Positions 1-11,300 of a DNA stretch of 64,000 nucleotides are shown here, piece after piece. Where the stretch lies: contig NC_068982.1 in assembly GCF_001194135.2 (NCBI RefSeq), positions 156,427-220,426 on the forward strand. The letters are read 5' to 3'. Both the position numbers and the translations under genes were made by a program. This stretch comes from Octopus bimaculoides. Taxonomy: Eukaryota. Within the stretch, counting starts at the first letter, position 1. Every line of letters begins with the position of its first letter. Under the pieces are notes generated by a model. It ran no database searches. It was given only the letters and a program-made list of their open reading frames with translations, and was not told the origin of the DNA.

Positions 1-235
1 GGCACATAAAAGACACCATTTCGAGCGTGGCCGTTTTCGTGCGGGTGACACGTAAAAGCACCCACTACACTCTCTGAGTGGTTGGTGTTAGGAAGGGCAT
101 CCAGCTGTAGAAACTCTGCCAAATTAGATTGGAGCCTGGTGTTGCCATCCGGTTTCACCAGTCCTCAGTCAAATCATCCAACCCATGCTAGCATGGAAAG
201 CGGACGTTAAACGACGATGATGATGATGATGATGA
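1..235 (+). mobile_element. RTE-LINE 3' tail (young copy) ending in (GAT)n
   Basis: Same sequence as the 3' end of the RT-bearing copy at 10261-11045; about 4 differences from the copy at 7988-8140. Confidence 0.8.
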
Positions 236-269
236 TTATTATTATTATTTTTTAAATTTTTATTTTCAG

Positions 270-471
270 ATCTTTTTTCTCGAGTGGTGAAGACCAGTCC
301 CCAACTTCTGTTAAATTCTGACAAGAAACTCACAACTATCTTTGATCATTTACCAACTTTGCCACCAAAAACAGCTGCCAGTTTGTTAGACATCCTGCAA
401 CCTATTTTGAAATTTAGTAGAACTTTGCGTGACACACTCATGTTGCTGCTACGTAAATCTATGTTCTCCAG
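270..471 (+). CDS. FANCI: FANCI exon (window exon 1): ..[24 protein letters not shown]
   Basis: ttttcag|AT acceptor and AG|gtgaga donor; Lys codon at 455-457 aligns with human K523. Confidence 0.95.
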
Positions 472-3400
472 GTGAGAAATGTTGTTGTTGTTTTTCTTGT
501 GGCAATCAATGGCAGAGTCATTAAAGTGATGGGAAAATAATAATAATAACTTCAAATTTTGGCACAAGGCCGGCAATTTTGGAGGTGGTGGGTAAGTCAG
601 AACCGTTGACCCCAGTGTTCAAGTGATACTTATTTTATCGACCCTGAAGAAATGAAAGTCAATCAACTTGGATGAAATTTAAACTCGGAGCATAAAGACT
701 AACAAATTGCTGTTAAGCATTTCGTCCAACATGCTGACAATTCTGCTAACTCATTGCCTTAATGATGACAATAACAACATCAGTTTCTGTTCTTTGTTCA
801 AATCCAAGACTGATGTTCAGGGGTTGATAAAATAAAGTGCTAGTCAAGTACTTGGGTTGAGGGCATCAATTTACTCCCCTCCTTCAAAATTACTGGCCCT
901 CTCCTTACATTATAAAAGAACAGTTATTATTATTATTATTATTATTTACTTTATTGTTGCTTTGTTTTATACAATTTGTTGCAAGTCTCACCTCAAGAAA
1001 CAAGTTAGATGTTTTACTGGGGATATTATATATGAGTAGCATTGTATTTTCAGGAAAAGGGGCTGAGAATTAGGGTTTCATTAAAAGCTTGTTGTAATAT
1101 TTGTGATTTTAAAAGACAGTGGTTTTCTTAGGATGTGGGCCCTAACTCTGAGAATAATTTTCTGCAGCTCTGATACTTTAGGGTTTCCTGGTATTTGGCC
1201 ATAGTGTTTAAGAATGCCAATTGGTATTGACCCTAAAGCTCTGCTGATCCCAGGTACAGTTGTTGTTGTTCACAGATTCCACATTTTTGAGACCTCTATT
1301 TCAAGGTCCTTATATTTACTGAACTTTTCAAATGTTTTAAACAAGTGTTGCTGTCTGCTGGGGTTGACGTATCTATGATCAAATATGCTTTCTGATTTCC
1401 CATCACAATTTCTGCTCTATTGGCCTGAATAAATCAATCAGTCTAAATACTAAAATCCCAAAGAATGGTGATCTGTTTATTTTCTACTACTTTGGTAGGT
1501 TTATGTGTCCCCACTGGTTCTCATACAGGAGTCAAAACACTGACCACTCTTTTCTCAAGTGGTGAAGTCCAGTCCCCAAGTTTATGGCAATCAATATAAT
1601 CATTTGAGGCCAACATAGAGTAGCTAGAGATGAGGGATGCAAGTGGGGGTCAATTGGTTCTCTTGTACCACAAAAGGATCTGCATCATCTTTAAGAATGT
1701 TGGTTTGGTAATTTCTAGAGGGCAGAACACTGCTATGTTGAAGCCCTCTTTTTCTGATTTAAGGATTTAAGTCCAGATACAGCCACTGATGCATCATGTT
1801 TGTATCAATATCAGGATTTTTATACATTTAATTCCCAATTTGTGCAGTTTTTCTGGTATGTCTAATTTCCCTTCATATACACTATTCATCTAATAGCATT
1901 CACTCATCATCATCATCATCATTTAATGTCCGCTTTCCATGCTGGCATGGGTCAGATGGTTTGACTGAGGACTGGCAAGCCAGAAGGCTGCACCAGGTTC
2001 CAATCTGATTTGGCAAGATTTCTACAGCTGGATGCCCTTCCTAATGTCAACCACTCTGATAGTGTAGTGGGTGCTTTTTATGTGCCACCAGCATGAGGGT
2101 CAGTCAGGTGGCACTGGCAATGACCATGCTCGAATAGTGCTTTTTACATGCCACCTGCACGGGAACCAGTTGGGTGGCACTGGCATCATCATCATCATCA
2201 TCATCATCATCGTTTAACGTCCGCTTTCCATGCTAGCATGGGTTGGACGATTTGACTGAGGACTGGTGAAACCGGATGGCAACACCAGGCTCCAGTCTAA
2301 TTTGGCAGAGTTTCTACAGCTGGATGCCCTTCCTAATGCCAACCACTCAGAGAGTGTAGTGGGTGCTTTTACGTGTCATCATCCACAACAATAATTTCAC
2401 TTGATTCAACAGGTTTTCTCAAGCACAGTTTATTAGGCCAGTTATGCTACACTGGCATAGGCCATGGTTACAGTCTCACTTGGTTACCCGGGTCTTCTCA
2501 AGCACAGCATATCTCCAAAGGATAGAGTCACCTGTCATTGCCTCGGTAAGGCCCAACGTTTGAAGGTCGTGCTTCACCACCTCATCCCATGTCTTCCTGG
2601 GTCTGCCTCTTCCACAGGTTACCTCCACTGTTAGGGTGTGACACTTTTTCACATAGTTGTCCTCATCCATTCTCAATAAATATATTTAGAATAAAAGCAA
2701 ACATCTCAAAACAGTGTTAGAACTGCTGAAGGAATCCGATGCGGACTGAACCATGTAAAAGTCTTCTTTTTATTGTATACTAGTTTAAAAGCCACAGAGG
2801 GCTAATTGGGAGACTAAAGAGAGGTAAATAACATGACTATAATACGTCTAGAATGAATATATACCACGGTGGTGTTTGGTGAGAGGTTATGGACGGATGA
2901 GAATGAATTCTGTATTGCAATCATTCTATTGTTCCAGTCCCAAGTTGAATTTCAGCTTTTGGCCAATTTGTCCCAAAGTTCTTATCTCAACGTAAAAGTA
3001 ACAAAGTGAATGTCATTCTAGGAATTGGGTCCTATTTTGATAATTCTTGGCAGCCAGCAATAAAATATTCTCTGGTCTTTGTTATATTTTCTGTTTATTT
3101 TTAGGCTTAGGTGAACTTGAAATGATCAGACTTCAAAGATATTCCAGTTATAACTAACAAATCTCATTTTCAGAAATAGACTTAATCTGTCAACGGCCAC
3201 ATATAATGTCTCCTCCCTTTCCCAAGACAGTAGAGTATGATTTCAAGGAGAGTCAGCTAATATTTCTAGCAGGTTACTTACCCATTATATGGTTCTCTTG
3301 TATATATTTTCCATCTCTTTTGTCTGACAGATTTTTCACTCAGTTTTGTTATTAATATATTTCCAGAGCCATTTTATGAATATTTTTTTTTTTTTTGATT

Positions 3401-5319
3401 TTTTATACTGTATTTATCTTAGATTTTATCCTCATCAGAATTTTTTTTTTTTTAATGTTAATTAATTTATGGATCTCAATCCTCTTTCAGACATCTAAAT
3501 GCAAGGAAAGTGAGTGCCAGAGGGTTCTTAATGATTTTGAAACAGTTCCGTATTGTTGGCAGTGTTCCTTGTAGCCAGATGAATCAGACATTTTCTTTGA
3601 GTCAAGTAAAGTATTATTTCATAATTTTTATGCACTTTTACCACATTATTAGAAAATAATCCTTCTCCATCAGAACCAAAAACAAATAAAATCATGTGAT
3701 GACAAAGGACCCAGACAACTGGTGATCTGCTGTGCTTGAAAAGACTGGCCCAGCTAAGTAAAATCCAGGAGACGGGGCACAAAAGAGATGCTCAGTGCTA
3801 GGGATGGTAATAGTGGGTGATGGAACTGCCACTGGCAGTATGAGAGGGTGTACAGGGGAAGGTGGGAGGTGAAAGAGGTGTTCAGTAGAAAATAATGTGT
3901 TAAAGAATGATAGAATGCAAGAGACCTGATTTCAGGGAGGGTGAGTGGTCGCACAAGAAGGGGTAATGAGATATGTGCTGCTGGTCTGTTGTTATATAAT
4001 TATAGTAGGTGAGTGATGGAGGAGTGGGTATTAGGAAGATGAGTAATAAGGGAGAGACTTGTTGGGGACATCGACACAAATAATATGCTTTTTGAGCAGG
4101 CCCTTTTTTAATAAAATGGACAGGTGTTGGGCACAGCAAGTTACCTATCATTGTGAACCTTTGTCACCACCTCCTTGAGGCTCAACATCTGTAGTTTGGT
4201 CTTCACTACTTTGTCTTGTGTTTTCCTGGGTCTTCCTTTCCTGCAAGCTCCATCCAAACTTGGTAATCAGCATTTCTTTATACAGCTGTCCTCATCCACA
4301 CACCTCACATAATCATACTAGCACTGATTCCTGTTATGCCTAATTTTTCTCTCAGCACATTTCCATTTTGTCATGATTTTATATGTTATTCTTTTCTCTT
4401 CCACAAAAAACATCCAGCTTTCAGTTGATGTACATTCGCAGACAAAATATAATCCTGTTGCTAACAGTACTTTGTGTTTGGAAATTGTCCGAAATTTGCG
4501 GAGATGTCTTAGTCAACAGGCTGAAATACGAGTCATAATATATTCAGTAAGTGAAATATATTTTATTTCTTCAACTTAATCTTCCAACAAACTAACTCAA
4601 CAGTTGTAACACCCAAGTTTGATTCTTGTTACAGCTTTTACCCTTTCTTATTCCACTTTTCTTTTCTTTTTTTTTTTGGTCATGCAAGATACTTGGTGAA
4701 CCTGTCAGTGTTGCAGTGCTGGTGCCACATAAAAAAGCACCCAATTCACTCTATTAAGTGGTTGGTGTTGGAACCAGCTGTAGAAACCATACCAAAACAG
4801 ATAATGGAACCTGGTGTGGCTTCTGGCCTTGCTAGCTCCTGTCAAACCATCCAACCCTTGCCAACATGGAAAATAGACATTAAATGATGCTGCTTACAGA
4901 AAGTGCATGCTTGTCACTACTAATTCTTCTCAAGCCCTGAATTCTATCAAGCTGATTGATACTTTTGATCCTAAAATGTCAAAGAACGGATTTGATATAA
5001 GTATGGAGAACTGGTAGCAGTTTCTGGGGTTAATAAAATAGACAACCTGTAATACAGTGGGTTTAATTCAGTCAACTTACACAACTGCCTGCAAACTTGT
5101 GGCCTAATGCTAATGTAAGAGACTGTTATTACACAAAATATTTTGTAGCGTAGGAGTGGCTGTGTGGTAAGTAGCTTGCTTATGAACCACATGGTTCCGG
5201 GTTCAGTCCAACTGCGTGGCACCTTGGGCAAGTGTCTTCTACTATAGCCTTGGGCCAACCAAAGCCTTGTGAGTGGATTTGTTAGATGGAAACTGAAAGA
5301 AGCCTGTCGTATATATGTG

Positions 5320-5350
<31 letters not shown>

Positions 5351-8300
5351 CTGTGTTTGTCCCTCCAGCATCGCTTGACAACCGATGCTGGTGTGTTTAC
5401 GTCCCTGTAACTTAGCGGTTTGGCAAATGTGACCGATAGAATAAGTACTAGGCATACAAAGAAGTTGGTGCCATGTAAAAACCACCCAGTCCACCCCCCT
5501 AAAGTGGTTGGCATTAGGAAGGACATCCAACTGCAGAGACCTTGCCAAAACAGACAATGGTGCTTGGTATATCTTCTGACTTGACACTTCCTGTTAGATT
5601 GTCCGATCCATGCCAGCATGGAAAATGGATGTTAAATAAGGATGAGGACTGAGGTGACAAGTGTTGTTGGTTCCTTGTGTTTTCCTTTAACTGCTGTGGA
5701 CCCTTTTTTGTCTGTCAGAATATGTATCAAGTTTTCAAAGTGAAAAAGTTGACTCTCTTGCAATCTGGATTGATTTACTTAAAAAACTGTCATTTATTAA
5801 GCATTTCTTTTTATTCAGGGTTTGTGCGATTGCCTTTCCAAAAATTCCAAACTACAGAAACCCATCTTGAATCTCCTACTTTACCAGGTACTTTTATTTA
5901 TTATTTTTTTCTGGAATAGCACTTCTTGTACATGGAATTTTCTTTCGTCTCTTTTCTAGCTCTCCATTTTGCCTTTCTCTTCTTTTTCTTAACTTTTCTG
6001 TCATTCTCACATCTTGATGAAGAGCTTATGCCCAAAACAATATTACTATTTCTTTGCATCTGAAGCTAATACATTGTTTTGTTGTTTTTTGTTGATATTT
6101 CTACACTTTTTCCACACTCCACGTATGGTGGTGTATAAGCTATGTACAAAGTAAAGTAAGAGTCAATGATGAACTTAGCATGAAGGTCAGAGTTCATCAA
6201 GATTCAGCCTTCACTTTTGTCCTCCTCTTCATAGTCTTACAGGTCTTCACAGTTTGACCAGAGCTGATAAGGTCAAGGACCATTCCAAGTTCCATAGTCA
6301 GTTTTGGCTTGGTTTCTGCAGTTGGATGTCCTTCCTAATGCCGACCACTCCATAGAATGTACCGAGTGCTTTTTACATGGCCCCATCATCAATTCTGCTA
6401 TGGTGGATGGCTCTTCTTGAGTACAGCAACGTACCAGATATCTTGGTCCTTACTTACCTTCTTCGTAAGGCTCAGTATCCTGGGTTTCCCCCCTTCCACA
6501 AGTTCCATCCACTTTAAGTGATCAGCACTTCTCTATGCAACTGTCTACCTCCATATGCATCACGTGACCTAACGACCACAGACATCTCTCTTGCATCCAT
6601 TTTCTATATGTCCAAATTTTCCCTCAAAACACTAGTGCTCTGTCACACATGTGCACTGACATTGCACATCCAGCAAAGCATACTAGCTTCTCTCCCCGCT
6701 AGCTTTCACATGTTTTCTGCATTCAGGGCCCATTTCTTACTACCATGTAGCATTGCTATATATATATATACATGCACCATGCAATCTTCCTTTCACTTGG
6801 AGAGAGAAAGAGACCTTTGGTTGCCAGCAGCAGTAAAAGATCTCTGAATTTTCTCCATCCTATTCTTATTTTAGTGATTACACTTTCTGTGTATTGTTCC
6901 CCACAGTTAATTAGACTCCCTAAGTAGTCGAAATTATCCACTACCTCTAAAGGTATAGTGCAGATAAATTGAGACAATTTTTACGATGCATAAAATTGGT
7001 TGTAAATACCAAAAGAATGGTGGTAGACAGATATAATTTTAATTTAACATTTATTATAACAAAAACATTTATCACTCAATATGGCTGCCCTTTTGGATAA
7101 TTACTGCCTCCACACAAGAAGAACAAAGTTTTTTTTGTAGCTGCTGCAACCTCCGCCCTTTTGATTTTGTTGCACGAACAATGCAGGTCTTCAAAGTGTT
7201 GACCCTTGAGTGTGGTGAAGCATTGGTCCTTGCTTGAAGTGTGCCCCATAAAAAGTAATCGAGATGGTTGAGATTTGGGCTATCACTGGGCCAGATGTTG
7301 GACCTCTCCAAAAAAAATGGCACCTTCTCCTCAAGGAAGGCTTGTGTTGCTTTTGACCCATGGCATGGTGCAGAATCTTGGATAAGCACCACATTGTCAA
7401 GCCTAAACTTCTGCTCTATCCAAAGTAACAGAGTTCTTCTTGTGCCAGTCTTCAAGCCAGACTCAATGAAGTGGGGATCCATGACATTCCCATCACTTGC
7501 CATGGTTCCAAATACCATCACAGAGGCTGGAGTCTTAGTGTCAAACATGGAGGGTGTCAGAAGGGTTGTATGTTGAGAATTTGTGATTCACTTCAGTATC
7601 TACAGTGAACTTCTCATCTACAAACACTAGAGTTTTTCCTGCACCTTGATGCCTGAGGAATGACAAGCTTTGGGCATCTCTTGGCTCTGATTGTTTTGGC
7701 CTTGGCTGTTCGGAGGTGACAGTGTTATCGTAACTAGTCATGCTGAGGGTCTTGTTTACAGCTCTTGACACTGTGGAAAGAGACACATTGCATTTCTTTG
7801 CAAGAGTTGTCATGGATGTCGATGGGTTGGCTTCAATCGAGTGTTTGAGGCCAGCAAGAAACTTTGGATTGTGCTTGGAACTACTTCAAATCCTGTGTTC
7901 TTTTCTATCAATTTTTCCCTCTTCTTTAAATTGTTTATACACACTATAAACTGTTTTAGGAGTTTTGTCAACAATTTTATTGGCAGTGCTCTGAGTGGTT
8001 GGCGTTAGGAAGGGCATCCAGCTGTAGAAACTCTGCCAAATTAGACTGGAGCCTGGTGTTGCCATCCGGTTTCACCAGTCCTCAGTCAAATCGTCCAACC
8101 CATGCTAGCATGGAAAGCGGACGTTAAACGATGATGATGGTGATGTGCCTGACACATGCCAAAACAACAATGTTGGAATGATTCTGTTGTTCTGTGACTT
8201 TCTGTTTTCAAACCAGTTCGCNNNNNNNNNNNNNNNNNNNNNNNNNNNNNNNNNNNNNNNNNNNNNNNNNNNNNNNNNNNNNNNNNNNNNNNNNNNNNNN

Positions 8301-11300
8301 NNNNNNNNNNNNNNNNNNNNNNNNNNNNNNNNNNNNNNNNNNNNNNNNNNNNNNNNNNNNNNNNNNNNNNNNNNNNNNNNNNNNNNNNNATATAATTCTT
8401 TAACAAGAATAGTATTGACAGTGACTTCGAAGTTTTGGTTAACTTAGAATGTAAAGAGATGGCAGAAATGTTAGTAAGCATTTCTGCCAGTCTGCTAATG
8501 ATTCTGCCATCATCAGACTGGCACTATCCGTTACTATTCATGTTGAAGAATAAAAAGAATTTGTACATTACAAAAGTACGTACAAAATATATTTTGTACA
8601 TACAGGGTATAAGTTGAGTAGATAAGGGGAAGGAAATGATGCAGATAAACAAATTAAATATATTAAAGGTAACAGCTTGAGTTATGAAATGGGAAATAGG
8701 TATACATGCAAAACAAGAGAAAGCAAAGAGTGAAGACTTTCAGACGATGACTATTTAAGTGTAAATATATAAATATTTATAGATGAATAGACCAAACATA
8801 CAGAGAGTACAAATGACAGGCAAAATTAAATGGTAGGAAATAAGGGGTTGTAAGTCCAACAGCTGTTTCTGGCAGCTCAGAGATCCGTTGTAATGTCAAT
8901 AGATGTAGTCCATCACAATGTGCAAGCCACAATGGAGGCAATCAACATATTTTGCCTGCATACTTTGATGAACTACCTCTACCAACATTATAATGGATCT
9001 CTGAGCTCCCAGAAACAGCTGTTGGGCTTATAACACTTTTCTTCTCCTGTCTTTTGTTCTCTGTAAGTTTGATATATTAATATATAAATATCTATATATT
9101 TATACTTAAATATTCATCATCAGGGAAACCTTCACTTTTTGCTTTCTCTTGTTTTTTTTTTTTTTGCATCTACATACCCAATCTTTTATATTTAATATAC
9201 TTGAATTGTTTGTCCACATAATTGCCTAGATATATGTGTGTGTGTGTACATGTATGTATATCTATGCATATGTACATATGTGTGTATACATGTGTATGTT
9301 TACAAATAGATGTATGTTTCTTTTTTTTTTTTATTACTATATAACAGGCTTTTATTAAATCTTCTTCAGATTAAGAAGTACTTTGAAGTAGTTGAATATG
9401 TTATCCCACCTCTGCGTTTAGAGGCTTGTCTGCTCACCCATGGATCAGAGATCTATCTTGGAGAACCACTGGTAAATATTCCTCTAATATGAAACTGTTT
9501 TTTTTTTTTTTTTTNNNNNNNNNNTTTTCTTTTCTATCATTTCTTTAGTGAACAGTCATTTACTTTGGTGACAACTGTCCAGTTATTATTACCATCTAAC
9601 TGTTCCCATATTTTACTCTAGTAGAAAGAAATGTCTTTCTGTCGATCATTATTATCATGCTTAGCACTTTTGGCTGTTAACCATTGCTTTCCTTATCTTA
9701 CTCTACAACTCACTTTTCTTTCTTTTCCAACTGGAATATCTATATATCTACTCTTTACCTTATCCTCTTTTTCTCTCTCCTTTTTCTTTCTCCTCTAATC
9801 ACATGAAAGCATTATAATTACATTCCCTCTACTTCATGTGATGGACGCTTCTCCCTCCCTCCCTCTTCCCTTTTCTCTAATCCTGTGAAAGTATTACTGA
9901 CAAGCTAAGTAATCCAATGACAGATAGAATTATTATAAGATATGCAATCTTTCAGGTGACAAAAATTTTTTGTTGCCTGAAGACAAGAGTTTGTGAGTGG
10001 TGATGGAACGAGTGATGGAAGTTTGAACAATAAACTAATAAGGTCTACAGAGTCTATAACATATATTGAATACTCTTTCTCCTGTTTTTAAATCCAATAT
10101 ACACACATATATGCATAGAGAAACCATGCCAAAGTACATATTGGAACTTGACATGGCCTTATGGCTTACTGGATCCTGCCAAACTGTCCATCTCATGCCA
10201 GCATGGAAAACACATTAAATGGTGATGGTGTGTAATGTAAGTGTGCACACATGACAGAGTGTGAGTGCACTGAGAGAAAAGTTGGGCATAAGAAGCATCA
10301 AATGTGGTGTGCAAGAGAGACGACTGCGCTGGTATGGTGATGTGTTATGTATAGATGAAGACATCCGTGTGAGGAAGTGTCACTCGCTAACTGTGGAGGG
10401 AACCTGTAGAAGAGGTAGACCCAGGAAGACATGGGATGAGGTGGTGAAGCATGATCTTCAAACATTGGGCCCTCACAGAGGCAATGACTTCTGACTGAGA
10501 CCTTTGGAGATACACTGTGATTGAGAAGACCCAGCAACTAAAGTGAGATGGCAGCCAATCATGTCCTGCCCTGTTAAAAATACTCCTGATGCATTGGGCG
10601 ATATGATATACTTGAGAAGACCTGTTGAGTCAAGTAAAACCAATATCATAGCTGGGGCTGGTGCCCTCTGGCTGGCTCCCGTGCCGATGGCACACAAAAG
10701 GCACCATCCAAATGTGGTCGATGTCAATATCCCACTGACTGGCTCCTGTACCAGTGGCACTTAAAAAGTACCATCCGAATGTGTTCGTTGCCAGGCCTGG
10801 CTTACTGGCTCCAGTACCATGGCATGTAAAAAGCTCCAACCGATCGTGACTGACACCAGTACCCCCTGACTGGCTCCTTTGCCGGTGGCACGTAAAAAGC
10901 ACCTACTACACTCTCAGAGTGGTTGGCGTTAGGAAGGGCATCCAGCTGTAGAAACTCTGCCAGACCAGATTGAAGCCTGGTACAGCCACTGGCTCTCCAG
11001 TCCTCAGTCAAACCGTCCAACCCGGACGTTAATCGATGATGATGAAGATACACACACACACACACACACACACCAACTATGAGTTAGATTTGAAACCTGT
11101 TCATCAGTTGAGACTGAAACAGAAGAAAGGGTCATTTCCAATGACTGTCCATGTGGTCAGTGATTGATGTGAGTTGTTTTTGTCCTTTCTTCAAATCTGG
11201 TTGAGGTCAACTTTGTCTTTTGTCTTTGTTGATTTTAAAAAGGTACCAGGGTCAGTTAAATCAGAAATTTGGAACTGGAATCTTTAATAAACAGTTCAGT

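Noticed and set aside
4418-4424. Alternative acceptor TTTCAG at 4424 for FANCI exon 3
   Set aside because: It shifts the frame by 7 nt and is incompatible with the phase-0 upstream donor.
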